Shown: piece by piece, positions 38,483 through 48,622 of the stretch | Numbering within the stretch: position 1 is the first letter of the stretch | How the letters are laid out: each line of letters begins with the position of its first letter | Virus record (IMG/VR): IMGVR_UViG_3300037086_000474 | Span: 48,463-112,462 of that record | Length of the DNA: 64,000 nucleotides | Source: a virus | Direction: 5' to 3' (one strand) | The notes under the pieces: generated by a model | What the model was told of the DNA's origin: nothing | Seen by the model: only the letters and a program-made list of their open reading frames with translations | Databases searched by the model: none | Translations under genes and position numbers: made by a program

Positions 38483-39724
38483 TTAGGCATAATAACTATC
38501 GTCGCCATAATAAGCACTATCTGAAATGGCTTCACTATAGTACTCCGTTAGTTCGACGGTCGTTGGTGGAAGATATGAACTTTCAGTTATTGAACTGGGT
38601 GCTATGTTGAGAGCAACTCTTGGAGAATAAACCAAGCCCCCATTGCCTTGAGTATCTGCATAGCAATAAATTTGAATAACGTCTCCAGCTGAAAAATCGA
38701 GACTTAGAGAAGAATTGACATATTTCCCTGCAGCAAGATTGAAATAAAAGAGATCTGTGTCAACACCATTTTTTCTGATTGAGAATTTTTTTGTTTGATT
38801 TCCATGACCACCAGCAGCTGAAACTCCAAGAATTGTACCACCACTGAGAGCTGTCCATCCGGTGGCATGATCACTTTGATTGTTTGTTGATAGATAAACT
38901 CCATTTCCATATCTGATTTCATATGAAACATTTCTCTTATCTGCAGACAGCCATTTTCCTCTTGTTGAATCGAACACATACAACATACCATTCACTACGG
39001 TCATTTGTCCAGCAGAAAGATTTGTAGTTGGAGCAGTGGTTATTGATACAATTTCAAATGGAGCATTTGAAGAAGTCGTTGAGTTTAAAATCACTGGCCC
39101 ATTACTATCAATAATAATAGTAGAGTTGTTTTCGTAGGCATCTTGTAAAGACACGTTGGCTGTTGATCCACTAATTCCTTTTGGTCCAATGTATCTATAA
39201 ACTCTAGCCCAAAGAGGAGTACTCCATCCCATGATGGATGCAGTATTGGCTGCACCAAGCACCACGAATCCCAATTTGTAAGATGGAATCCAAGCACCTT
39301 GAGTTGTTGAAATCTCTGTTCCAACTCCAGTTCCAGAACCATTGTCCTGGAACAAACGCATTGCATAGCCTTGTCCGAAAATCTGTGGGAGAAGCCAATT
39401 ATCATATATTCCAGAGGAAGGAGTGTCGAGAGTAATATAGGCTGCCCAAGCTCTGTAGTTTGTTCCATTTACAAGAGACAACTTGATGTCCCTTTTTTCA
39501 ATGGTTCCGGGGTTTGCAGTGACATTATCGTCAGCAGCTGTAGAATCGGCAGCGGGCGGGACGGCATTGGCCCACAGATCTTGATTGACTAGAAATGGTC
39601 TCCAAGAGTTTTTCTCTTCATACCATTGGAGTCCCGTGGCATCCGAGGTATTGCTCAAGCCTTGAATACCAAAAACCATTTTGAGGCTCAGATTGAGTTT
39701 TTCAATAGAAGTCAGATCGGCCAT
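38483..39724 (-). CDS. virion protein sharing the C-terminal domain of the two + strand fibres
   Basis: APTTNLSAGQM...LYVFDSTRGKWLS...GTILG...DFSAGDVI. Confidence 0.7.
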   Translation of the reverse strand: MADLTSIEKLNLSLKMVFGIQGLSNTSDATGLQWYEEKNSWRPFLVNQDLWANAVPPAADSTAADDNVTANPGTIEKRDIKLSLVNGTNYRAWAAYITLDTPSSGIYDNWLLPQIFGQGYAMRLFQDNGSGTGVGTEISTTQGAWIPSYKLGFVVLGAANTASIMGWSTPLWARVYRYIGPKGISGSTANVSLQDAYENNSTIIIDSNGPVILNSTTSSNAPFEIVSITTAPTTNLSAGQMTVVNGMLYVFDSTRGKWLSADKRNVSYEIRYGNGVYLSTNNQSDHATGWTALSGGTILGVSAAGGHGNQTKKFSIRKNGVDTDLFYFNLAAGKYVNSSLSLDFSAGDVIQIYCYADTQGNGGLVYSPRVALNIAPSSITESSYLPPTTVELTEYYSEAISDSAYYGDDSYYA

Positions 39725-39733
39725 TGTTGTTTC

Positions 39734-40009
39734 CTATTCTAGAATTGTTTTGAAGAATCGTTTTTGAACCCAATCTTTTTCATCTGATGATACAGACTTC
39801 CAAAACATGTCCCACGTGATGTTTTCGTTTTTGCCTATAGGTTTGTAGATTTTTTTTTCAAACTGAAACTTTGAGTTCTTGTGTGAATAGACATCATGTC
39901 CATCTTCATCATTGATTTTTTCCCAACCAAGGATAAACAAATAAGCCTCACCAAAATCAAAAATTACAGCTTCCTCACCACTACCAGTGTATTCGTAATA
40001 TACTTCCAT
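39734..40009 (-). CDS. small protein, C-terminal-motif family; paralogue of 63704..63964
   Basis: FWKSVSSDEKDWVQKRFFKTILE; AAGATA 5 nt before the ATG. Confidence 0.7.
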   Translation of the reverse strand: MEVYYEYTGSGEEAVIFDFGEAYLFILGWEKINDEDGHDVYSHKNSKFQFEKKIYKPIGKNENITWDMFWKSVSSDEKDWVQKRFFKTILE

Positions 40010-40051
40010 GAAGTTATCTTTCGTTTTAGAGCCGAAAAAGCATAGTTTAGA

Positions 40052-40255
40052 ATGAAAGTAGGTGTAAAGATGGCAAACAAACTGGCTTTATGGTTTCTTT
40101 GGGGTGGGGTAGTTGTAGTAACAACCAGTACAGTGATGTTTATCACACATCTGATCCCCGCATCAATTGGCATACTTGTCACCATCATTGCTGGTCTGTG
40201 TGTCATTCTAAGCACGGAGATCAGTAAGTTCATCCTCAAGCTTTTGAAGAGGTAG
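40052..40255 (+). CDS. small two-TM membrane protein
   Basis: Two hydrophobic helices; start at 40052 or 40070. Confidence 0.6.
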   Translation: MKVGVKMANKLALWFLWGGVVVVTTSTVMFITHLIPASIGILVTIIAGLCVILSTEISKFILKLLKR

Positions 40256-40259
40256 AGAA

Positions 40260-40475
40260 ATGGAAAGTGCCATCATTCATGTCTTAACTATTATCGTAGG
40301 TGCCGTGCTTTGTGCAGCACTATCTGGCTTCATCTTCAAGCGTTTCATCAGTCACCTGAAGATGGGGTACAATGCACAGATGCTCATCATGGTTCCAATT
40401 TTCATGGTGATCATGATTGCCTACGGTGTATCACTCATCGCTATTTGGAACTCACTCGGATTGATAGGGAAATGA
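40260..40475 (+). CDS. small two-TM membrane protein
   Basis: GAGG SD; two hydrophobic helices. Confidence 0.65.
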   Translation: MESAIIHVLTIIVGAVLCAALSGFIFKRFISHLKMGYNAQMLIMVPIFMVIMIAYGVSLIAIWNSLGLIGK

Positions 40476-40900
40476 TGAACGAGCACGAAATCGAGTTCGC
40501 TGATCAGACGGCGAAGAGAGGTTTCGAGGCCTCTCACTCGATGGACAAATACCTTGAAAAGGTCATTCGAGCCAGCGTGGCTTACGCTGATGCTATCAAG
40601 GTGACCAATCCCCATAGTTGGACTTTCAAGTTTGATCTTGGTGATTGGTTTGTTAGAATCAAGGATGCAAGTGATCGATGGAATGAAAGAAATTACCACT
40701 ATTTCTTGCTCAAGTATAAGAAAGTCACGCTCGTTCGCCTTGATTGGGTCATAGCGAAAACTGAGGGCAAAAAGCATCCTCAGGTAGTGAGTGTCACAGA
40801 GTTGGCAAAGGATCAACTTTTTTATATCACTGAATATGTCAATCATGTAGATGTCGAGCTCACTCAAATGAGCACAATGATGGAGAAGGTCAATCTCTAG
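40472..40900 (+). CDS. hypothetical protein
   Basis: ATGA-coupled start MMNEHEIEF. Confidence 0.6.
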   Translation: MMNEHEIEFADQTAKRGFEASHSMDKYLEKVIRASVAYADAIKVTNPHSWTFKFDLGDWFVRIKDASDRWNERNYHYFLLKYKKVTLVRLDWVIAKTEGKKHPQVVSVTELAKDQLFYITEYVNHVDVELTQMSTMMEKVNL

Positions 40901-40904
40901 AATG

Positions 40905-40934
40905 TTTTAGAGATAGGGCAATGTAAGGTATAAT
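40905..40934 (+). promoter_or_regulatory. putative early promoter TTTTAGAG-N16-TATAAT
   Basis: Same 16-nt spacing at 40905, 42769, 47286, 54025, 59941 and 61823. Confidence 0.8.
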
Positions 40935-40940
40935 GATCCC

Positions 40941-41723
40941 ATGATCAAAGAGAATGGAATAGTAGACTACATGACCTACAATGAGGGCATGAAGAAGTCC
41001 CTTTTGGACAAGATCTTCTTCATGGACAAAATCGACGCCAGAGTCATCATTGATTACGGGTGCGCTGATGGAGTTCTCATTCACTTTCTTTCCACTCTCT
41101 TCCCCGAACTTTACTACATCGGTTATGACATCGACGAGAAGATGCTCGAAAAGGCAAGGGAGCGCTGTGGAAACAACGAGCAGCGGTTTCTTTTCACGTC
41201 TGATTGGAGCAAAGTCGAAGAGCATGCTGGGCAGGGGCTCAATGCGATCGTCCTCTCTTCGGTCATCCACGAGGTCTATGCTTATGGAACCCGAGCAGAT
41301 GTGGACAACATGTGGAACCGCGTCTTTTCTGGAAAGTTTGATTACATCGTCATCCGTGACATGGTCCCTTCCACCTCTCTCGACAAGGTTTCGAACATCA
41401 ACGACGTGGCTAATATCTACAAGAAGGGTGACAAGGCCTACCTCCATGAGTTCGAAAAAGTGTGGGGCACAATCGAATCCAACAAGAATCTCATTCACTT
41501 TCTTTTGAAGTATCGCTATACTGACAACTGGGACAGGGAGGTTCGAGAGAATTATCTCCCCATCACTCGTGAGGAACTTCTCTCCTCTATTCCTGATGCA
41601 TACGAAATCGAATTTCATGAGCACTTCATCCTTCCTTTTCTCAAGAACATCGTGAAGCAGGATTTCAACATCACAATCAAAGACAACACCCATCTGAAAC
41701 TTGTTCTCAAGAGGGTAGTGTGA
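40941..41723 (+). CDS. class I SAM-dependent methyltransferase
   Basis: IIDYGCADG motif I, IGYDID, LSSVIHEVY. Confidence 0.85.
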   Translation: MIKENGIVDYMTYNEGMKKSLLDKIFFMDKIDARVIIDYGCADGVLIHFLSTLFPELYYIGYDIDEKMLEKARERCGNNEQRFLFTSDWSKVEEHAGQGLNAIVLSSVIHEVYAYGTRADVDNMWNRVFSGKFDYIVIRDMVPSTSLDKVSNINDVANIYKKGDKAYLHEFEKVWGTIESNKNLIHFLLKYRYTDNWDREVRENYLPITREELLSSIPDAYEIEFHEHFILPFLKNIVKQDFNITIKDNTHLKLVLKRVV

Positions 41724-42007
41724 AGAAGAGAAAGGCATTCTACAAAGAGATCACCCAGTGCGTTGTTGGAGAATGTCCGTTCTCTGAGTGGCAAGAAGAT
41801 GCTAATGGTCCTGACGGCATTCATTGCAACCACCCGCAAGGCCATTGGGGATTAATTATAAGTGACAATGAAGTTGAAAGATGGCACAAGGAACATAAAG
41901 GGAAACACTTTCCTTTTCATATTCCGAAGGATTGCCCCTTGGACGACTATGATCTCTTTTATGCGGCCGTAAATGCCATAAAGGAAAAAGGCAATGAGCA
42001 ACACTGA
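41720..42007 (+). CDS. Cys-rich phage protein
   Basis: CxxxxCPF...CNHP...IPKDCPL. Confidence 0.6.
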   Translation: MKKRKAFYKEITQCVVGECPFSEWQEDANGPDGIHCNHPQGHWGLIISDNEVERWHKEHKGKHFPFHIPKDCPLDDYDLFYAAVNAIKEKGNEQH

Positions 42008-42398
42008 TCTCGTGGATAGTGTTCTTCGTGAAATTCCTCAAGAACTAGATCCAAAATCTCCTCGAAAAAGGAGATTTGTTTGTGAGACCGCCAATCTCAC
42101 AATTTTCTACAATTATCCTATGGGTGACATCATTGTCAGTGCTGAACTTTGTCTGGCCGATGTCCATGTTGGTTCTGCGCGAGTGATGAATGTATACATT
42201 GAGAGTGATGATTACTATAAGAAGTTTACCATCGCACCAGCCAAAAGAACCATTGCTGGTCTTGTCCGAAGCAATGCTGTGGGGCACATGAATCTCGACA
42301 AGACTGAGATACTTGAGAGGATCAAGTTTTGTACTCAAGATCTTGAATATAACATCATTGATTTCTTGATCACAAGAATCAAGAAGTACATGTACTAA
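41994..42398 (+). CDS. hypothetical protein
   Basis: 134 aa, in operon. Confidence 0.6.
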   Translation: MSNTDLVDSVLREIPQELDPKSPRKRRFVCETANLTIFYNYPMGDIIVSAELCLADVHVGSARVMNVYIESDDYYKKFTIAPAKRTIAGLVRSNAVGHMNLDKTEILERIKFCTQDLEYNIIDFLITRIKKYMY

Positions 42399-42408
42399 AG
42401 GAGAAAAA

Positions 42409-42639
42409 ATGATTACGTATCACGACATTGAAGTAAGGGTTACGGAATTTTGCATCAGCGATCTCAATAATGAGATCCTTGTGAAGGTTGAGACTGAAGA
42501 GGGAAATCGCTGGTCGAATGGTTGGGTTGCTGGACTCGATCTCGTTTTCACCGGTGATGACAGTTTGAAGGCAGTTTGCGATGGTATTGCAGCTGATGAA
42601 ATCCGATCTCGTCCTCCCGAGGAAAACAAGACCAACTAG
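42409..42639 (+). CDS. small acidic protein
   Basis: AAGGAG SD. Confidence 0.65.
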   Translation: MITYHDIEVRVTEFCISDLNNEILVKVETEEGNRWSNGWVAGLDLVFTGDDSLKAVCDGIAADEIRSRPPEENKTN

Positions 42640-42804
42640 ATGGGCATGCCTCAAGAACCATTTCTGAAAAAGATTGTTGACAGTTTCATACTCGATCCTC
42701 ATGGCATTCATGGAATCGAGCATTGGATCAGGGCCTATGAGAATGGCTATTAGCCTGTGAACTTCTCATTTTAGAGCCTTTAGTGGTTGTTGTATTATCA
42801 TTTT

Positions 42805-43251
42805 ATGAAGCAAACAACCATACAAATACTCTCCGAAGATGTGAAGAAGTTAGTAAAGCAGATTTCTTCCTACGAAGAGCAGGGCATGACATTCTTTGCA
42901 GCCAATGAAAAGGCAATCGATGAGATTCTTCCGAATTACGATTTCTTTTGGCAGCTTGTTATTCTTGCGGCTATTTGCCGCAGGTGTGTTCAGGTGGATA
43001 ACGCCCGTTTGGGTGGCAATGACAAAACTTTCATCGATATATATCTCAAGAACAAGAATCATGAGGATCTCTGTAAACGTATCATCAAAGATCTGACTCG
43101 GAAAGACAATAAGGTTGGTACCGAAGTCGATTTCACCCGTGATGATTGGAACAATGAAACCGAGAAACTCATGGATGAGCTGTTGAAAACCGACGACACC
43201 TTCAGATATGATGGCATTGTGGATGCCCGCCAGATAATGTTTGGGTTCTAG
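42805..43251 (+). CDS. hypothetical protein
   Basis: ATG 6 nt after the TATTAT of the early-type promoter at 42769. Confidence 0.65.
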   Translation: MKQTTIQILSEDVKKLVKQISSYEEQGMTFFAANEKAIDEILPNYDFFWQLVILAAICRRCVQVDNARLGGNDKTFIDIYLKNKNHEDLCKRIIKDLTRKDNKVGTEVDFTRDDWNNETEKLMDELLKTDDTFRYDGIVDARQIMFGF

Positions 43252-43271
43252 GTGAAAAACACAGAAAAATT

Positions 43272-43301
43272 AAAGGGGAGCAAGAGCTTCCCTTTCTTTT
43301 T
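43272..43301 (+). terminator. intrinsic terminator
   Basis: aaaggggagc-aaga-gcttcccttt-cttttt. Confidence 0.75.
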
Positions 43302-43302
43302 A

Positions 43303-43310
43303 GCATACTT
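43303..43310 (+). promoter_or_regulatory. GCATACTT promoter-like motif upstream of pncB
   Basis: Recurs before gene starts at 16550, 27987, 32780, 46936, with variants at 40040, 62606, 63986 and on the minus strand. Confidence 0.7.
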
Positions 43311-43338
43311 CAATGTGAAGGCAGCTGAGGAGGAATAG

Positions 43339-44499
43339 ATGGCGATTTACACTTCTCTTGCGGACGTGGACACTTACAAATTTTCAATGCAACAGGGTGT
43401 CCTTCATCAGTTTCCTGGAACTGAAGTTGAGTATGCTTTCAGGTGTCGTAATAGCGCAAAATGGACTTCTGAGATTGTGGGAGAAATTAATGATGAGCTC
43501 GATAATCTCTGTTCTCTTCGCTTTACCACTAATGAACTTGAGTATCTTGCCAACATCCGATTTCTCAAGCCTGATTACATCGACTTTTTGAGCCTCATGC
43601 AGCTCAATCGTGGCCACATCAGAGCATGGCTCGACAATACCAACAACCTTCAGATCCGTATCAAGGGAAGCTGGCTTCTCACCATCCTCTTCGAAGTCCC
43701 AGTCCTTGCCATCGTCAACGAAGTCTATTACCGCAACACTTACCCCACCATTCCCTACACCGCCGGGCGCGAGAGGTTGGAGAAGAAAGTCCTCCTCATC
43801 CCTGATGACATGTGGTATAGTGAGTTCGGAACTCGTCGCCGCCAGTCCTTCGACAATCAGGATGCAGTGATTGCCTATCTCATCGAGCAGAAGCGTGGAC
43901 ATTTCATGGGAACGTCAAATGTCTTTTTCGCCAAAAAGTATGGCATCACTCCCATTGGAACCATGGCTCATGAATGGATCCAGTGTGGCCAGGCCATCGG
44001 AGTCCGTCTCATTGATTCTCAGAAGCGGATGCTTCAGGCCTGGGTTGATGAATACCGCGGAGATCTTGGATACGCACTCTCTGATACTCTCGGAGTGGAT
44101 GCTTTTCTCCGTGACTTCGATCAGTATTTCGCAAAGTTGTATGATGGACTCCGACAGGATAGTGGCGACCCGATCGAATGGGGCGAAAAGGTCATCAAAC
44201 ATTATGAAGACCTCAAAGTGGATCCGAAGAACAAATCTCTCATCTTCTCTGACTCACTCGACATTGCCAAGGCAAAAATGATCAATGACACCTTCAAGGA
44301 AAGAGCAAAGGTTTCTTTCGGAATCGGCACTTATCTCACCAACGACATTCCTGGGATCGAACCTCTCAACTGCGTCATCAAAGTTGTGAGGTGCAATGGC
44401 CAGCCAGTGGCAAAAATATCTGATTCAAGTGGAAAAAGCATGTGTGAGGATCAGAGTTATGTCACGTATCTCAAGCAGATGTTCAAGATCGAGAGGTAG
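43339..44499 (+). CDS. pncB: nicotinate phosphoribosyltransferase
   Basis: DTYKFSMQQ, EFGTRRR, GTSNV, GTMAHEW, RQDSGDP, FSDSL, FGIGT, AKISDSSGK (E. coli PncB type). Confidence 0.95.
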   Translation: MAIYTSLADVDTYKFSMQQGVLHQFPGTEVEYAFRCRNSAKWTSEIVGEINDELDNLCSLRFTTNELEYLANIRFLKPDYIDFLSLMQLNRGHIRAWLDNTNNLQIRIKGSWLLTILFEVPVLAIVNEVYYRNTYPTIPYTAGRERLEKKVLLIPDDMWYSEFGTRRRQSFDNQDAVIAYLIEQKRGHFMGTSNVFFAKKYGITPIGTMAHEWIQCGQAIGVRLIDSQKRMLQAWVDEYRGDLGYALSDTLGVDAFLRDFDQYFAKLYDGLRQDSGDPIEWGEKVIKHYEDLKVDPKNKSLIFSDSLDIAKAKMINDTFKERAKVSFGIGTYLTNDIPGIEPLNCVIKVVRCNGQPVAKISDSSGKSMCEDQSYVTYLKQMFKIER

Positions 44500-44502
44500 A
44501 GT

Positions 44503-44907
44503 ATGTGGTTTTTTCTTATTGGAGTTGGCGTGATTTTTGCTGGATGCTTGATTTTTGCTTTTACCAAGCTAGATGCTGATGATTCAGTGTTGACAGCTAT
44601 TTTTGCATCTCTTTTCATCGCAATTGTGTTCAGCTTCGTAATCACTGCGATAGCAACATCTTGTGTACACAAAGAAACCATAGTGGAAAAAATGGATGTT
44701 GTTTCTGTGAAAACGTCGACAGGAACGGACTTTCTCTTCAAAGAAGGCAAAGAGTACAAAAACATCAACACTATGAAGTTTGACACGAAAATAACTATTG
44801 GTGAACAAATGATTGTTCAGAAAACGACGGTAAGAGTTCCTGAAAATGGTTGGTTTTTTCCAACTTCAAACTCAACCTATCTGCTTGTGATGGCTGAGGC
44901 GAGGTGA
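44503..44907 (+). CDS. membrane protein
   Basis: Two N-terminal TM segments. Confidence 0.65.
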   Translation: MWFFLIGVGVIFAGCLIFAFTKLDADDSVLTAIFASLFIAIVFSFVITAIATSCVHKETIVEKMDVVSVKTSTGTDFLFKEGKEYKNINTMKFDTKITIGEQMIVQKTTVRVPENGWFFPTSNSTYLLVMAEAR

Positions 44908-45290
44908 ATATGAACTTACTTGGTGGTTTAAGGAAGAAGGGTATAAAGAGACACAATGGTGAATACCACCAGTCTGACATCAAAGACTTTCAGGAAAAAT
45001 CCTCTGATGAAGAGAGATTGGTTTTTCTCAAAAATGTTTTTGATGAAAAAATCTATGGAGAGTACGCTGGCGGAACTCTGACCGGCATGCTGAATAAAAA
45101 GCTCAACTTCTTCAACGTGGGCAAGGGAGAGACAGAAGAAGAAAACTTTTGGATTGCTCTCAACTACATCAAGTATATGTCGGCCAATGGAAAAGGCGCT
45201 CACTATCAAGATGCTCTCGACATTGCCAACAAGGATCCAAACCAAGCTTTCATAGTGGCGAAAGCAATGCTCTGGAGTCAGAATGACTGA
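44904..45290 (+). CDS. hypothetical protein
   Basis: 128 aa, coupled. Confidence 0.6.
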   Translation: MNMNLLGGLRKKGIKRHNGEYHQSDIKDFQEKSSDEERLVFLKNVFDEKIYGEYAGGTLTGMLNKKLNFFNVGKGETEEENFWIALNYIKYMSANGKGAHYQDALDIANKDPNQAFIVAKAMLWSQND

Positions 45291-45630
45291 TGAAGACCAG
45301 ATGATCCAGGGGCGGTTTGTCTATGATTATTGGTATAAGCCGATCAATTGGAATGCCTATAGCCCAGACCAGTATCCTGGCATTGGTCTCAAAATCATCT
45401 TTGTTGGAACATATGCCTATTTGAGACTAGCTTCAAAAGAAAGAGGAAGATTTCATTTTGAGCTCTACGACTTTGCTCAGACCGAAAAGCCATTGAAATG
45501 GTTTAGTGTTCAAACCTTAGAAGGATTGCGTGAGGCATCAAACGGAGAAGTTGCTGAAAGTGCTGCTTATATTGCAAAGAAAATGATAGAAGACAGTTTA
45601 AGGAGAGGAAACTATGACTCATTTGTCTGA
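45283..45630 (+). CDS. hypothetical protein
   Basis: GGAG SD, 115 aa. Confidence 0.6.
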   Translation: MTDEDQMIQGRFVYDYWYKPINWNAYSPDQYPGIGLKIIFVGTYAYLRLASKERGRFHFELYDFAQTEKPLKWFSVQTLEGLREASNGEVAESAAYIAKKMIEDSLRRGNYDSFV

Positions 45631-45871
45631 TAGAGAGCGAACCATTCAAGGATATATTGCAGGCACTGTATTGTTTATCGTCGTAGCCAACTTTGCTTTG
45701 ATCATGATCAACTGGGTTGTGCGAGAGCCTTTTGCCCCATGGCTTTTATTTACTGGCACATCGGCTTTCTTTTTGATTTTATCACTCGTTCCTATTCAAA
45801 AACGATTGGCCAGAATCGTTGTTCGTATTATTGACCGAAAGAAGAATGAAAGAGAGAAGATTGATTTCTGA
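45614..45871 (+). CDS. small two-TM membrane protein
   Basis: Two hydrophobic helices. Confidence 0.6.
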   Translation: MTHLSDRERTIQGYIAGTVLFIVVANFALIMINWVVREPFAPWLLFTGTSAFFLILSLVPIQKRLARIVVRIIDRKKNEREKIDF

Positions 45872-45916
45872 ACTCTCTATCTAGGTTAACAAAGATAAAC
45901 TCAATAGGAAAAAAGT

Positions 45917-46612
45917 ATGAAAAAAATATTTTCTCTTCTAGTTTTGTTGGCACTAGTTGGATGTGTGAGTGTTCCAGACAACAAAGTCATTCTTCTTGCT
46001 CCTGTTCCACCTCATCCTCCTCTTACCACTGGCGCTGCTACTGTTCCAAAGGAAACTGGAACTTTCGATATTGATGCCCCAGTAGTCATTACCACCAATA
46101 CAATCAAAAATGAGATTCTTTTGAACCTCAAAGAGCTGAAAAACTCTGGTTTTACGATTGACATTTCTGATGCTCAGGTATATGGAGTCAATGATCAAAT
46201 GGCCGTTCTTGGTCTCAAAATTGATGCTCGATATAGTTTCTTCCATGCCAAGGGGTGGATCTATCTCCGCACCAAACCTGTACTTGATATACAGCGCCAA
46301 CAACTCCTTTTTACTAAAACCACATTTGATGTGCAAACGAAAAACGTGTTGGTTGGTGTTGCCAACTGGCTTCTTAATGCAGAGATTGTCAAACAAATCG
46401 ACAAAGTAAAATTCGATCTCACTGGGCCAATCAATCAACAAAAAGATTCTTTCAACAAACAGTTTGCCAACATGCCTCTTTCGGGAGTTGGAGATGCCCA
46501 TGGAAACGTGGTGAGTATTGTGGTTACCGACTACAAAATTGCCGACTCTGAGTTTTTAGTAAGGTTCAAAGTTATTGGAACTATTGATGTAAGGGTCAAC
46601 ATTCCAAAATGA
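45917..46612 (+). CDS. lipoprotein, DUF4403-like
   Basis: Lipobox LVGC; GWIYL.TKP...TKNVLVGVANWL pattern; AAGATA upstream. Confidence 0.6.
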   Translation: MKKIFSLLVLLALVGCVSVPDNKVILLAPVPPHPPLTTGAATVPKETGTFDIDAPVVITTNTIKNEILLNLKELKNSGFTIDISDAQVYGVNDQMAVLGLKIDARYSFFHAKGWIYLRTKPVLDIQRQQLLFTKTTFDVQTKNVLVGVANWLLNAEIVKQIDKVKFDLTGPINQQKDSFNKQFANMPLSGVGDAHGNVVSIVVTDYKIADSEFLVRFKVIGTIDVRVNIPK

Positions 46613-46926
46613 AGGTAGATGATCTCAAGCCATTCACATGGTACGCCGTATATGGTTCAGATGGCAAGTTCCTCATCGACAACATGCTTATAATCAACGA
46701 AGTTTCTAGAGATGATAAAGAAGCACTCTTTCAAGGGTTCTTGTTTCTTCCTCCAGAAGATCTTCAGTTCAGAAGAGGCGGATGGCTTTTTTCTCTTCCG
46801 TTAGATTCTGAAATGGACTGTCGGAAAGAATATCCTAAGCATAACGATAGAGTAAATCGACAGTGTATTGTTGAACTATTTCACACCCCCGCTTATGAAA
46901 CAGGAAAGACCACACAGCTAATCTAA
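46609..46926 (+). CDS. small protein, C-terminal-motif family
   Basis: LKPFTWYAV...NRQCIVELFHT. Confidence 0.6.
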   Translation: MKVDDLKPFTWYAVYGSDGKFLIDNMLIINEVSRDDKEALFQGFLFLPPEDLQFRRGGWLFSLPLDSEMDCRKEYPKHNDRVNRQCIVELFHTPAYETGKTTQLI

Positions 46927-46961
46927 TATTCTAAAGCATACTTACTTACGAAGGTGGGTGT

Positions 46962-47282
46962 ATGGTCGAGGAGAGAAATGGAAAACGCCTCCGCGATGCA
47001 TTGGGACTAATCCGAGGCAATATTTTCTATCTGAAAAATCGAGGACTTGTGGTTTGGACAGATGGATCCATTCATACTCATCTCGTCTATAAGAGCACTA
47101 GATTATGGGAGAATGAACCCCATTGCTATTTCAGTTTGTGTTGGGGTGCTCCTCTCAAAACCCGTCTTATAAGAGTCAAAGTCAAACAAATGCAAAACAT
47201 GTTCAATGATGACAGTTTGCAACCACTTTCAGAAGCCGAGTTTGCAAAGTTTATCCTTGGATTGAAAAAGGAAGAACTCTAA
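46962..47282 (+). CDS. hypothetical protein
   Basis: GCATACTT upstream; 106 aa. Confidence 0.6.
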   Translation: MVEERNGKRLRDALGLIRGNIFYLKNRGLVVWTDGSIHTHLVYKSTRLWENEPHCYFSLCWGAPLKTRLIRVKVKQMQNMFNDDSLQPLSEAEFAKFILGLKKEEL

Positions 47283-47320
47283 TCATTTTAGAGTTGTCAC
47301 TGGGAGGAGTATAATAAATC

Positions 47321-48622
47321 ATGTCGTTAGAATATAGAGGAAAGTACGGAAGCGCTATCGTCTTCAACGACGAGGTTGAAGCAACGGCTGTTTCTTCCAT
47401 CATCAATCTCATGAACCATGAGGTCGCTGAAAACGCCCACGTTCGAATCATGCCTGATGTCCATGCCGGAAAAGGTTGTGTCATCGGATACACCGCTCTT
47501 CTGACCAACAAGGTTATCCCCAATCTCATAGGTGTTGATATCGGTTGTTCCGTCGTCTCCTTCAAAATTGGACACTTCTCTGTCATTGGCGAACTTCGTG
47601 ATAAGCTCGACAAGTTTATTCGAGGCAATATTCCTTCCGGTCACGATGTCAGAAACAAACCTTTTGGTGGTCTTGATGTTCTCTTCAACGACAAGATTGC
47701 CGCGCCAGCCATCAGCTATGTCATCTACGACAAGAGCATCCGAGAGATCTGCAAGCAGGAAGGCCAGTCTTACGACAGGGTAATGGCTTCTATTGGAACT
47801 CTTGGTGGTGGAAATCATTTCATTGAGCTCGGCAAGGATGAGGAAGGTTTTCTCTGGCTGACTTTCCACTCTGGTTCTAGGAACTTTGGAAAAGTCATCT
47901 GTGAGTATCACCAGGAAGTTGCTGAGAAACAGATTCTTGGACCGGATGAGGATGAGTTCAAGCGCCAAGTTGAAATCATCAAGGCGACCAAGAAGGGAAA
48001 GGGAATTGAAGCCGCAATCCACGCTCTTCGGACTGGAATGTCGAAGAGGGGAAAGAAGTCTGGTCTCGAGTTCTTGACGGGCGATAAGAAGGATGACTAT
48101 CTCCATGATATGATGATCGCCCAGATGTATGCCAAGTTAAACAGGATGATCATGGCATATGATGTCATTCAGAACTTTTACAAGCTCAACTTTTTTGAGC
48201 TTGAGATGGTTGAGTCGGTGCATAACTACATCAACTTCGTGGATGGCATCGTCCGTAAGGGTGCGATTTCTGCTCACTCTGGTGAAAAGGTCATCATTCC
48301 TTTCAATATGAGGGATGGTCTCATTATTGGCAAGGGCAAGGGAAATGAAGATTGGAACAACTCTGCTCCTCACGGCAGTGGCCGTCTCATGAGTCGTACT
48401 CAGGCTAAGGGGTTGGATCTCGATTACTTCGAAAAGACCATGAAGGATGCTGGTGTTTGGTCCTCTTGTGTTGGCAAGGGAACGCTCGATGAGTCTCCCA
48501 TGGCCTACAAGAATTCTGAGTCCATCATCAAGTATTTGGAGCCAACGGTTGAGATCACCCATCGCGTGAAAAGCATCTATAATTTCAAGGCCGGAGAAGA
48601 GTCGAGGGAAAGGGAAGAATAA
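47321..48622 (+). CDS. rtcB: RtcB RNA ligase
   Basis: IMPDVHAGKGCVIG, GVDIGC, GTLGGGNHFIE, HSGSR, HNY, RKGA, SAPHGSGR, LDESPMAYK. Confidence 0.96.
   Translation: MSLEYRGKYGSAIVFNDEVEATAVSSIINLMNHEVAENAHVRIMPDVHAGKGCVIGYTALLTNKVIPNLIGVDIGCSVVSFKIGHFSVIGELRDKLDKFIRGNIPSGHDVRNKPFGGLDVLFNDKIAAPAISYVIYDKSIREICKQEGQSYDRVMASIGTLGGGNHFIELGKDEEGFLWLTFHSGSRNFGKVICEYHQEVAEKQILGPDEDEFKRQVEIIKATKKGKGIEAAIHALRTGMSKRGKKSGLEFLTGDKKDDYLHDMMIAQMYAKLNRMIMAYDVIQNFYKLNFFELEMVESVHNYINFVDGIVRKGAISAHSGEKVIIPFNMRDGLIIGKGKGNEDWNNSAPHGSGRLMSRTQAKGLDLDYFEKTMKDAGVWSSCVGKGTLDESPMAYKNSESIIKYLEPTVEITHRVKSIYNFKAGEESREREE

Noticed and set aside
43339-44499. Calling this gene Nampt or Namat (NARP1/NARP2)
   Set aside because: Motifs GTMAHEW, RQDSGDP and FSDSL and the 386-aa length match PncB, and nadE nearby fits a nicotinate route.
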